A stretch of DNA of 64,000 bases from a virus (IMGVR_UViG_3300010401_000036:3382-67381), one strand, 5' to 3'. Positions 20,313 through 28,313 are shown, counted from the stretch's first letter. The notes: generated by a model from the letters alone, not told the origin. Translations and numbers: made by a program.

Positions 20313-21557
20313 TTAAACCTGAGCCGTGCCGAGGATCGGCGCCGTATTGAGCGGGGTAGCAGCCGCCGCACTGTAGACCGGCATGGTTACCGCCATGAAC
20401 AGGCGCCGCGCGCCATCGGTCGGAACCGCAAACGCCGTGGATGCATTGAGTGTGCCGCGGACGTCAGCAGTCGAGGTCGAGGCAGACGTGCCGAGCGCCT
20501 TGGTCCACCCTGCATTGTTGATGACAGAGGTTCCACCAAAACGATAGTCAGCGTATTCCCACTTGTCCGACCGCAGATGGAACCCGAAGATGTCCGAGAT
20601 TCCCACCACGACGTTTGCAGGCGTTACAGTGGTAGCGGCCGTCACCACCTTGATAGATGACACGTACTTGAAGGCCTTCTTGCCGTTGACCGTATTCGTT
20701 CCGTTCGCCGTGATCAGTTCCGACATCGCATTGAAATACATGTCATAGCCAGCAACCACAAGCGCCGTGGTTCCAGATCCGATCGACGCCGCGGTGACGG
20801 ATAGCGCTCGAGCCGATCCTTCCAGAGGATTGAACGGCAGCGAGAACCCTGCCACGCGATATGGGTCGGAAGCATTGGCTGAAGCCGCTGCGGGGCCGAA
20901 CTGAGTGGCCGGCGGCAAGAACTGGCTATACAGGTTGCCTTGGCCGATCGGCGTATGGCTGAGCGCGGTAGCCGCCACAGGGCTGATCGTAATCAGTGCG
21001 CTGTTCGCATTGGTCGATAGTGACTGGACCTGGGCGAACAGGGCTACGTTGGTCGCACCAGCCGAGCCAGCGCCGCCAATCACAACCCACTGGCCAACCG
21101 AGAACAGCGTGTTATCATTCACGATCACGGTTGAAGAGTTCGCCGCCGTCGTTCCAGTCGCAAACCCGAAATCGATCGCCGAAACCGTCGTGGCCACAGA
21201 CGTTCCAACCGGGATGATCGGAATACCCGGTGTCCACACCGCAACGCCTGCAGCCGTGCCAAGCACGGCCGTGGTCAGTCCAAGCGCAACGCCTGCGGTC
21301 GTTGACGGCGCCTGAGCCGCCGCAACCGTTGTCGTCGAGTTCGCCGAAGGAATGACATCCGTCAGCACGATATAAGGGTTGTTGAACCACCCTTTCATCG
21401 CACCAGGCGCCAAACCGTCCTTGTTCGCAGGCGAGAACGACGGATTGGCGATCACGCCGCCCTGATAGTCGATCGACGGGCCGTCAAGCGGCTCGACCCG
21501 CCCGTCCATCAAGGACCCGACGTTCGCGACAGGCCCGCGGAATAGTGATTCAGCCAT
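20313..21557 (-). CDS. capsid decoration / minor structural protein
   Basis: Downstream of MCP; GYD.Y...M.E.I...G...V.GKKAFK and DVRGT motifs; Ala/Thr/Ser-rich. Confidence 0.65.
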   Translation of the reverse strand: MAESLFRGPVANVGSLMDGRVEPLDGPSIDYQGGVIANPSFSPANKDGLAPGAMKGWFNNPYIVLTDVIPSANSTTTVAAAQAPSTTAGVALGLTTAVLGTAAGVAVWTPGIPIIPVGTSVATTVSAIDFGFATGTTAANSSTVIVNDNTLFSVGQWVVIGGAGSAGATNVALFAQVQSLSTNANSALITISPVAATALSHTPIGQGNLYSQFLPPATQFGPAAASANASDPYRVAGFSLPFNPLEGSARALSVTAASIGSGTTALVVAGYDMYFNAMSELITANGTNTVNGKKAFKYVSSIKVVTAATTVTPANVVVGISDIFGFHLRSDKWEYADYRFGGTSVINNAGWTKALGTSASTSTADVRGTLNASTAFAVPTDGARRLFMAVTMPVYSAAAATPLNTAPILGTAQV

Positions 21558-22082
21558 TTAGCCAGTCTCCTTGCCATCGCTCGCATATTCGCCGTGCAGC
21601 GCTGCGGAGGCCTTCAGATAAGCGGCGTGGGCCAACTCTGGCGTATCAAAGTATCCGAGATGCTGCCGCACGCCATCTTTGGTGGCGATAGCCCGATATC
21701 TAATTGATCGCCTTTTCTGCACAGCCTGAACGCCCTTTAAGTTGCAACTCTTGTTTCGGTATTTACGACAATTTGCCTTGTTCTGTGAACCCGTAGCCTC
21801 TCTTAGATTTTCCCATTTGTCATTCGCCGGATTGCGATCAACGTGGTCCACCTGATGTTTTGGCCATGATCCGGTAACAATCAGCCAGATTATTCTTGAG
21901 ACCCGGTAAGCCTTCCCGCCGATCTTAATATAGCGATAGCCTTCAGGATGGTCTTGGCCTGCCTCTGTCCCTGACGGGATTCTCCCTGCTACTCCTGCTG
22001 CGTTTCTCCACCTTAAACATCCGTCATTGGGATCGTATGTGAACAAGTGCCGTACATGCGCTGCGGTTAGGTCTTTCAACAT
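21558..22082 (-). CDS. HNH-AP2 homing endonuclease
   Basis: YDPNDG.L.W, VDHVDR...NDKWENLREAT..QN..N, AP2 HLGYFDT.E.AH.AY. Confidence 0.92.
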   Translation of the reverse strand: MLKDLTAAHVRHLFTYDPNDGCLRWRNAAGVAGRIPSGTEAGQDHPEGYRYIKIGGKAYRVSRIIWLIVTGSWPKHQVDHVDRNPANDKWENLREATGSQNKANCRKYRNKSCNLKGVQAVQKRRSIRYRAIATKDGVRQHLGYFDTPELAHAAYLKASAALHGEYASDGKETG

Positions 22083-22149
22083 TGAGGTTTCTCCTTCTGT
22101 GAGAAACCTAACCGTATCATTTAGCGGAGTGAGTTACAACAAATACAGA

Positions 22150-23064
22150 TCATGCGGTCGGAAACTCCCCCCACGCTGCTCGTGGGTCATTGATGCCGAA
22201 TGAGTAACGTTCATATGCCTTGACAAGGAGGTTATCTGTAACATTATCCACCCACATGTCGCTCTCATACGGAATGCGCAGCATATGAATGAGTCCCTCG
22301 ATGTTCGTGGTGAGGAACCACGCGAAGTTCGAGGTGAGGAAATCGAGAACGATGAATCCCTCGGGAAGGCCGCCGGAGAGAGACAGGATGGCGTTCACGT
22401 CGTTGTCCGCGGTGCCGGGGCGCAGCTCGGTCTTGGTGAGGCGAATCGCGACCGCTTCAAGGTTCGGCGGTACGACCAGCTTGCGGGCCCGAGCCAAGAT
22501 CCTCATGCCGCGCTCGTTGACGAACTGAGCGCGCACGTTGGTCATGTTCGCAAGCAGCGTCGACTCGTTCAGAGACTTCGGCGTGCTGGACGTGTTGGCC
22601 CATGTTCCACCGTCGTAGGGATGCGCGGTGGAGAAGAATGCAACGCCGTCGCCGACCTGGCTCGCGTTGTATGTCGTGCCGAGGTTGAAGATGTTGGCGG
22701 CCTGAATTTCCTTGAACTGCGCGAACGCTTCCTGGAGCTTCAGGTTGGTCGGGTTGAACTGGGCCTTGTACAGGTTGTCGTCGATCGCCTTGCGCGTGAT
22801 CGCGTAGCCAAGGGCCACTTCCACATGGATGAACGCCCATGTGAAGCGCTCGCCAGCATTGTTGTCGAACTGGGTTGCCGCACCCTCGTCCTTGAGGTAC
22901 GGCAGCGCCACGAACGCCATTTGGGTGGAGCGCTCCACCGCCATTGAGGACTTGTGGGTCTTAAAGACCTTGTCCCATTGACGACTTATCATGTCGTACG
23001 AACCACGTACGTCAAACAATCCCGGCAGCAACTCTGAACGGACGTTTGCCAGACTAATCGGCAT
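22150..23064 (-). CDS. major capsid protein
   Basis: ELLPGL, K.EG....FD, ALGYAIT...I.DNLY, GDG.AFFS.AHP, LVVPP.L, YERYSFG..DPR..WG. Confidence 0.9.
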   Translation of the reverse strand: MPISLANVRSELLPGLFDVRGSYDMISRQWDKVFKTHKSSMAVERSTQMAFVALPYLKDEGAATQFDNNAGERFTWAFIHVEVALGYAITRKAIDDNLYKAQFNPTNLKLQEAFAQFKEIQAANIFNLGTTYNASQVGDGVAFFSTAHPYDGGTWANTSSTPKSLNESTLLANMTNVRAQFVNERGMRILARARKLVVPPNLEAVAIRLTKTELRPGTADNDVNAILSLSGGLPEGFIVLDFLTSNFAWFLTTNIEGLIHMLRIPYESDMWVDNVTDNLLVKAYERYSFGINDPRAAWGEFPTA

Positions 23065-23185
23065 TTACGTGGCTCCTATTGTAAGTAGCGGAGCCAAATG
23101 CCATAATGGCGGGCCCGCCGTACGTTGCTGCGCGCGACGGGCCCTTGATCGTCGATCCGCTGTTACCGGAAGGACAACCCGTCGA

Positions 23186-23716
23186 ATGGATATCACTCTC
23201 ACAGAAGAATGGCGACCCGTTCCGGTCGCGAATCTCGGCGACTTCTATGAAGTCAGCAATCTCGGCCAGGTCAGAAGCCTTGATCGCGTTTGCTACGGAC
23301 TTAAGGCCAGACGCGTTGATGGGAAAATTCTCAGGCCAAGCACGAACAAATTCGGATACAGAAACGTCAATCTCTTCCGAGATGGACAACCCAAGTCGAT
23401 CCACGTTCACCGACTTGTTGCCATCGCGTTTATCCCCAATCCCGAAAAGCTGCCGATGGTCAACCACGTTGATGGGAACAAATCCAACAACGTTGTTACG
23501 AACTTGGAATGGGTGGACGATAGAGCCAATCGACAGCACGCCATCAACATCGGCCGCATCACTCGCTTCAAAAAGCTCCTGACTTCGGAGGAGATCACCG
23601 AAATCAGAGCCTTGGGTAGAACCATGAGTCAATCCGAAATAGCCAAGCGATATGGATGCACACAGACCAACATTTCGTTGATCCTGAACGGCCATACCCA
23701 CGTTGGTTTCGGGTAA
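23186..23716 (+). CDS. NUMOD4-HNH homing endonuclease (opposite strand)
   Basis: EEWRPV, YEVSNLGQVRS (NUMOD4); VHRLVA.AFIPNP...VNH.DGNK.NN...NLEW; C-terminal HTH. Confidence 0.92.
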   Translation: MDITLTEEWRPVPVANLGDFYEVSNLGQVRSLDRVCYGLKARRVDGKILRPSTNKFGYRNVNLFRDGQPKSIHVHRLVAIAFIPNPEKLPMVNHVDGNKSNNVVTNLEWVDDRANRQHAINIGRITRFKKLLTSEEITEIRALGRTMSQSEIAKRYGCTQTNISLILNGHTHVGFG

Positions 23717-23721
23717 GATCA

Positions 23722-24324
23722 TCACAGGATACCCGTGTTACCCTGGCGCTGGAGCGAGTTGTTGAAGCCGACAATGACCCAGTTGTAGTTCGTGGTTGGG
23801 TCAGAGCCGTTGCCAACGCCCGGGTAGAGCTGGAGAACCTTGAACGGCATGAGAGCCGCGGACGAGATCGAGGCGAAGTCGATCGTGTAACTCGAGAAGC
23901 CGCCGCCAACCGTGGTGCCGCCGGCCCCGGTCGTGAACCCGATGTTGTTGCCGATCGCCGTGGCTGGGATAGCCGTCAGGAGCGCTGCGACCTTGAACAT
24001 GGCGTTGGGCGCGTCGATCACATAGGCCGTGGAGTCGGCGCCTGCGGCCGCTGCGGGATACCAGGGAAGCCAACCGGGGACGCCGCCCTTCGGGGTATAC
24101 TGGCAACCTTGGAAAATACCGATAAGGCCGGTGGAAACGCTGGAGCCGGAGGTGCAGGGCTGGATGTAGGGACCGAGGGATGCCGACTTCTGAACTGCGT
24201 CACCGAAGAAAATGGCGGTCGCGTAGGTCGACTGGATCTGGTACTTGGACAACTGGTAGTCGGGAGCCCCGCCCGGCAGGTAGCCGAAGTGCGCGAAGCC
24301 GAACTGCGCTTGGGTGTTAGCCAT
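23722..24324 (-). CDS. capsid-associated structural protein upstream of MCP
   Basis: MAN..A.FG, Y.TAIF.GD.V, G.F.GC.Y, AYVID.PN motifs typical of the gene preceding this MCP type. Confidence 0.75.
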   Translation of the reverse strand: MANTQAQFGFAHFGYLPGGAPDYQLSKYQIQSTYATAIFFGDAVQKSASLGPYIQPCTSGSSVSTGLIGIFQGCQYTPKGGVPGWLPWYPAAAAGADSTAYVIDAPNAMFKVAALLTAIPATAIGNNIGFTTGAGGTTVGGGFSSYTIDFASISSAALMPFKVLQLYPGVGNGSDPTTNYNWVIVGFNNSLQRQGNTGIL

Positions 24325-24482
24325 GACAAGCCCTTGACTTTTAAGGCCTCGTCCAGCGCTTGCCGGGGTGCGATTGCCAGAAAGTCACAACGGCTTGTTG
24401 CGACAGAATGCCAAGGGACGATCTATCGTCTCGCTTGGCCGCTCAACCTCCTGCCACTGGCTGGAGGGAACTGAATTTCGGC

Positions 24483-24511
24483 AAAATGCTAGATAAATCA
24501 GAGAATGTCAA
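24483..24511 (-). promoter_or_regulatory. putative sigma70 promoter for the capsid genes
   Basis: Minus strand TTGACA-N17-CATTTT in the intergenic region. Confidence 0.45.
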
Positions 24512-24690
24512 GTGGGTGTGGACTGCTCAAAGCATCTCAGAGCTGCCGCTGCTGGGCCCGGGACACTGTTTGCATAAATCCAGCGTCTAATAGTGGAAGT
24601 GTCGACTTCAAGGGCGGCAGCCATCTTTGTCTGCCACCCTCGATTACCATATAGCTTCTGACCTATAGAGATAAGTTCCTTAGCCGTCAC
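24508..24690 (-). CDS. small HTH DNA-binding protein coupled to ro60
   Basis: GTG start overlapping the 3' end of ro60; WQTKMAAALEVDTSTIRRW helix-turn-helix. Confidence 0.7.
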   Translation of the reverse strand: MTAKELISIGQKLYGNRGWQTKMAAALEVDTSTIRRWIYANSVPGPAAAALRCFEQSTPT

Positions 24691-25984
24691 GTTCGACCTC
24701 GTGAACGAAGCGCAACACACCTTCAGAAAACCCATCAATGTGGGTCCAAGCCCCATACCCAACGCCGTTCTTGTTCGACGCGACGTTGATCATATAGCCC
24801 TTGGCGAAAGCGTTTGGCACCGCATCGTGGCTCTGTTCGTCCGTGATGACGATCAATCGGTCAGCCCTCACATTGGCATTGATCCACGCCACCGCCGCGC
24901 CAAGATTGGTGCCGTTATGAGGCTGAGACCGCACAATAGCATCAACGCCAGCCATACCCCGTCGCGGGGGTACCTCAACAATTCCATCCGAGAACGTGAA
25001 TAGCCTAATATCGCCTGGAATTATCGCGCCCAACGCCGCAGCCGCATCGATCCGCCTCATGTCCGATTTCTGCGACAATGCCCAATCCATCGATCCGGAC
25101 ACATCGACCATCACCACAGTTTTTCCGAGATAGACAGGAAGTTCCGTGATTGCCTCGCAAAGCGCCTGATCAAGATATGGCTCAAACTGTGGAGCAGCCC
25201 TCGCCGCTGCGACGTAGCGGAAGGGAAACACTCGCTGCGCTCCGCCCTGCCGTGCTACAATTGCCTGCCGAACCAGATCGCTATCGACGCCAGCAGCCGC
25301 CATATTACGCAGGTTTCGGAGTAGCGCCAGATAGCCGATCCCGCTCTCGCGTAATAGCCGCTCGAAAGTCTCTCGCTTGTCTTTCCCGCCGGAAAGCGCG
25401 ACCTCCCAAGTGTCGGGAATCTTAAGCGTGCGATCCTTCACCCTCTTCCATAGAGCCGACTGCTCGTCATTGGCCGGCTTCGGCCGAGCAATTCGCAAAA
25501 CGTCGCGAAGCTTCACGGCCCCGTCTCGATCGTACTTTCCGAGTTGGTATTCGTCGAACTTGGCGAAGGCCTGAGCAAGACCCTTGCGCATCTGCCGTGG
25601 TACGCTCTTACGGCCGTTGCGCCAATAGACGGTCAGAAGCTCTCCCATCTCATCGGCGCGGGAGATCACTCGTGCCGTGGTGTCCGCCATCATCGCAGGC
25701 CCGGTCTTGCTGAGGATATCGAGCAAAAGCAGGGGGACATGCCGCAGGTTGAACACTTTGCGCGCCTCGATCGCCAGCGCCGCTAATTCGGCCGGCTTCA
25801 CCAGCGCTGCGGTTTCGGCGATTCGCTCAGCAATAGATTTGCCATCCTCGTAGAACTCGTTTTCCCACAATAGGCATGATAACACCGATCGGCGCAGTTG
25901 TTCGATCGGCTTGAGGCGACCGAAAGCCGGCGCTCCTTCAGTGGTCTTGGCGGTATTTTTCGGGGAAACATTCAAACGGGCCAT
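24680..25984 (-). CDS. rsr: Ro60 / TROVE-domain RNA-binding protein (Rsr-like)
   Basis: T.EGAPA, LLWE..FYE.G, FDEYQL.KY, TWE..LS, ALLRNLRN, PFR...A, and vWA MIDAS VDVSGSM...VITDEQ. Confidence 0.93.
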   Translation of the reverse strand: MARLNVSPKNTAKTTEGAPAFGRLKPIEQLRRSVLSCLLWENEFYEDGKSIAERIAETAALVKPAELAALAIEARKVFNLRHVPLLLLDILSKTGPAMMADTTARVISRADEMGELLTVYWRNGRKSVPRQMRKGLAQAFAKFDEYQLGKYDRDGAVKLRDVLRIARPKPANDEQSALWKRVKDRTLKIPDTWEVALSGGKDKRETFERLLRESGIGYLALLRNLRNMAAAGVDSDLVRQAIVARQGGAQRVFPFRYVAAARAAPQFEPYLDQALCEAITELPVYLGKTVVMVDVSGSMDWALSQKSDMRRIDAAAALGAIIPGDIRLFTFSDGIVEVPPRRGMAGVDAIVRSQPHNGTNLGAAVAWINANVRADRLIVITDEQSHDAVPNAFAKGYMINVASNKNGVGYGAWTHIDGFSEGVLRFVHEVERDG

Positions 25985-26020
25985 CAGTATTCTCCCATGG
26001 CCTCACGGCTGCCTGCCGAA

Positions 26021-26175
26021 TGATCTAAGTGAGACTGAGCAAGTGACGAAATCAGTACATTTCAGTGCTCTACCACTGAGCTACCGGGACTTCTCCCGAG
26101 TTGGATTCGAACCAACGACCCCTGGCTCCAAAAGCGAAGTAACTGATTTCTGCAGCGTCAATCCCACTTAGATCA
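26021..26175 (-). ncRNA. yrlA: YrlA-type Y RNA with circularly permuted tRNA-like domain
   Basis: Ends pair (UGAUCUAAGUG/CACUUAGAUCA); inside, T-arm GUUGG-UUCGAAU-CCAAC, closed acceptor-like hairpin UCGGGA-GAAG-UCCCGG, then D-arm GCUC-AGUGGUA-GAGC; 36 nt upstream of ro60. Confidence 0.88.
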
Positions 26176-26275
26176 ACAACGGAAACTAGCAAGTAGCGAG
26201 AACGGGATATGGCCACTTAAGGCCGCTCTATTGCGAAGAAGTATCCGTTACTCTGCAGCGTAGTTTCCGTTGTTG
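26174..26275 (-). ncRNA. second Y-RNA-like hairpin
   Basis: 15-bp terminal stem CAACAACGGAAACUA/UAGUUUCCGUUGUUG; shares CGCUGCAG, UACUUC and ACUUGC with the YrlA-like RNA. Confidence 0.75.
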
Positions 26276-26341
26276 CCCGGCAAGCAACGAACTCAGCATC
26301 ATCGTTTCAAGAGAAGTAGCTGAGCCCTTCAGCGCGGGCAA
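26273..26341 (-). ncRNA. third, minimal Y-RNA-like hairpin
   Basis: Terminal stem UUGCCCG/CGGGCAA; same core CGCUGAAG...UACUUC...GCUUGC. Confidence 0.7.
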
Positions 26342-26344
26342 ATC

Positions 26345-26374
26345 ATATATCGTGCATTATGCGCGGTTTGTCAA
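26345..26374 (-). promoter_or_regulatory. putative sigma70 promoter for the Y RNA-ro60 unit
   Basis: Minus strand TTGACA, ~17-nt spacer, GATATAT, ending a few nt before the first Y-like hairpin. Confidence 0.6.
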
Positions 26375-26378
26375 TAAC

Positions 26379-26402
26379 AAAAAGCCGCCCCGAAGGGCGG
26401 CA
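26379..26402 (-). terminator. Rho-independent terminator
   Basis: Minus strand GCCGCCC-TTCG-GGGCGGC-TTTTT after the Ig-like gene. Confidence 0.85.
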
Positions 26403-26419
26403 GTCGCGGGAAAACCCCC

Positions 26420-26737
26420 TTAGCTGACGGTCGCGAGGATCTGAATGCTGGTGAGGACCTGTGGCGCCGCCTCCACCGTCACATCGATCAGTCCCTTGAA
26501 CTCGACACCTCCCACGGTAACGGCCACGTTGACCGTGTCGCTGCCGGCCGCAATGGCGAGTTCGCTTGCGGTCAGGCCGCTCGTGGAAGGCGTCAGAGTG
26601 CCGGTTTCGGGGTTGACGTCGGACCATACCGGAGGCGAATCCGGGGTCGGTGTGGTCTGCATCGGATTACCATTCTGGTCCAGAAAGATAATCGCGAAGT
26701 CGACTTTGTGGCCTACGGTGAGGGTTACTGCGCTCAT
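26420..26737 (-). CDS. Ig-like domain protein
   Basis: All-beta pattern (VTLTVG, DQNGNP, PVWS, G...V.V.V, IDVTV); AAGGA RBS before MSAVTL. Confidence 0.65.
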   Translation of the reverse strand: MSAVTLTVGHKVDFAIIFLDQNGNPMQTTPTPDSPPVWSDVNPETGTLTPSTSGLTASELAIAAGSDTVNVAVTVGGVEFKGLIDVTVEAAPQVLTSIQILATVS

Positions 26738-26930
26738 GTGGATAATCCTTTGATGGCGGTGGTGATGGTGACGCGGGCGTATAATGGCGATCAGCAAGAC
26801 GCTTGTCAGTCTTTGGTGACGATGCCGCATCTTGTACCTGCTGAAATTGACGTGGCCTAACAAACCGACAAGCGTATAGTTCCGACAGATGAATACCATG
26901 GAGAGATGACAATAAAAAGGCCGTTAAAAA

Positions 26931-27009
26931 TGGCTCCTCGGGGCAGATTTGAACTACCGACCTTCAGACCGTTTCCGATCCGATGCTCTAACCGCTGAGC
27001 TACCGAGGA
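26931..27009 (-). tRNA. tRNA-like RNA with Asn-like acceptor stem and no canonical anticodon loop
   Basis: UCCUCGG/CCGAGGA-G-CCA acceptor, canonical D and T arms; anticodon arm UCGGA-UCGGAAACGG-UCUGA (10-nt loop, or 8-bp stem with GAAA tetraloop). Confidence 0.85.
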
Positions 27010-27012
27010 ATA

Positions 27013-27088
27013 TGGCGCCTCTGGCAGGATTTGAACCTGCGACCAGCCGAGTTAGAATCGGCCGCTCTACCAACTGAGCTACAGGGGC
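27013..27088 (-). tRNA. amber suppressor tRNA (anticodon CUA)
   Basis: GCCCCUG-UA-GCUC AGUUGGUA GAGC-G-GCCGA UU[CUA]AC UCGGC-UGGUC-GCAGG UUCAAAU CCUGC-CAGAGGC-G-CCA; one C4:A69 mismatch. Confidence 0.9.
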
Positions 27089-27097
27089 TTGACCTTG

Positions 27098-27478
27098 TCA
27101 CTTTAGGAGGGGCAATCCTTTCGTGATTGATTTGGCTTCATTGCGGGGAAGGGGTCCGATGCCGATCGCAGTGACTATTTGCGAACCATCGAAGTGCGGC
27201 GGCATGACGTGATTTTCCTCAATCACCATGGCACATGGCAGCTTAGCAAGCTTAGCGCGGTGGAAAAGGTCGCACAGCTCGCGCTCGCCGGGGACGGTCA
27301 GAACAATCTTGGTGCCGCCATCTTCAAGATAGGCCGCTGTGTTCTCTGGAGGGGCTGTAAGAAACGAATCAAGAAATGCATGGCCGGCTTGGGAAGCCGC
27401 TTTGCCAGATGTCATTTCTAGGTCTTCACGGATAATCGCATATGCAACAGGCTGATTTGAATGGTCAATCTAACGCAT
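27098..27478 (-). CDS. pth2: peptidyl-tRNA hydrolase type 2 (Pth2) with in-frame TAG at codon 3
   Basis: AYAIIREDLEMTSGKAASQAGHA, KIVL.V, VTAIGIGP, ITKGLPLL are Pth2 motifs; AAGGA-N8-ATG CGT TAG lies in the same frame, 21 codons above the ORF-track ATG. Confidence 0.85.
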
Positions 27479-27500
27479 TGATATCGTCCTTGGGTGAGGC

Positions 27501-27535
27501 TCCTGTAGGGCGAAACATAGCGTCGCCCTACAGGA
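27501..27535. repeat. perfect 13-bp inverted repeat upstream of pth2
   Basis: TCCTGTAGGGCGA-N9-TCGCCCTACAGGA with no U tract on the minus strand. Confidence 0.7.
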
Positions 27536-27548
27536 TTGCAAGTGGAAA

Positions 27549-28313
27549 TTACGCCGCCGGCAGCATTGCAATCTGAGCTGCGTCCATGGGCGCCACAGGC
27601 GCCATCTGTTGCTGGGCCTGAGCCTCCACAACGTCGAGATACCGGCCGGCATAATCGAACGGACCGACATGGCTCATGCGGTGCCCGATGTTGGCCCACA
27701 CCGACCCGCCGCACTGGCCCCACCGAATGCAGAATGACAGATCCTCGGAGATCAGGCCGCGGTCAGGCACGTCCATCTTTTCGAACAGTCGGAGAAGCCG
27801 ATTCGTTCCTGCTTGGCGCAATGTTTCGCCGGCCGGGTGCAGGGTCAACCGGGTGTCGATCAGCTCTGGAAACTTCTCGACCATAGCGGCGATCGCGTCG
27901 CGCCTGATCAGAGTGACACCGAAACCCACTCCTTCGACCCTCATGAAATCACCGCGGCGCTCCGTAAGTGGCGTACCACTGCCAGACCCAGCCCACGAAA
28001 GTGGCATTTTGCGTTGAGGGTAGATGGTACCGACGATCGGCTCGTTGAACATCAGCATGTCGGTAACCAACTCAGGCGGCCAGCCCATATCGCTGTCGAT
28101 AAAAAGGATGTGGGTGCTATTCGGAAGCGTATCGTACCAAATTGTCAGAGCCATCGACCGCAGTTCAGCAATATCCGGGAATGACAGAGTTGAGATCCCC
28201 CCGCCGATTCCCTTGCTCATCAAATGTTGACGAAGCGCGTGGGTGCTTAAAAATGTCGTCGCCGTGATAATCTGGCCAAATGCTGGAACAAAAATGAAGA
28301 TGTCGGTAGCCAT
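27549..28313 (-). CDS. GT-A fold glycosyltransferase
   Basis: THILFIDSD (DxD), GVGFG..LIRR, SEDLSFC.RW...GG.VW, HVG. Confidence 0.8.
   Translation of the reverse strand: MATDIFIFVPAFGQIITATTFLSTHALRQHLMSKGIGGGISTLSFPDIAELRSMALTIWYDTLPNSTHILFIDSDMGWPPELVTDMLMFNEPIVGTIYPQRKMPLSWAGSGSGTPLTERRGDFMRVEGVGFGVTLIRRDAIAAMVEKFPELIDTRLTLHPAGETLRQAGTNRLLRLFEKMDVPDRGLISEDLSFCIRWGQCGGSVWANIGHRMSHVGPFDYAGRYLDVVEAQAQQQMAPVAPMDAAQIAMLPAA

Noticed and set aside
13610-23720. Group I introns housing the HNH genes
   Set aside because: Flanking genes appear complete, and there is too little non-coding sequence for an intron core.
26062-26125. Conventional tRNA gene upstream of ro60
   Set aside because: The T-arm precedes the D-arm, the acceptor is a closed hairpin and there is no CCA end. 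It fits a YrlA-type domain instead.
26021-26341. CRISPR array (repeated motifs with variable inserts)
   Set aside because: Repeats are short bipartite motifs within hairpins, spacing is irregular and no cas genes are present.
27013-27088. tRNA-Arg(UCU) reading of the UUCUAA loop
   Set aside because: The 5-bp stem GCCGA/UCGGC fixes a 7-nt loop UUCUAAC with CUA at positions 34-36. The shifted register does not pair.
26931-27088. tRNAs as a prophage attachment site
   Set aside because: They lie inside the late operon with phage genes on both sides. No duplicated tRNA 3' end or integrase is seen.
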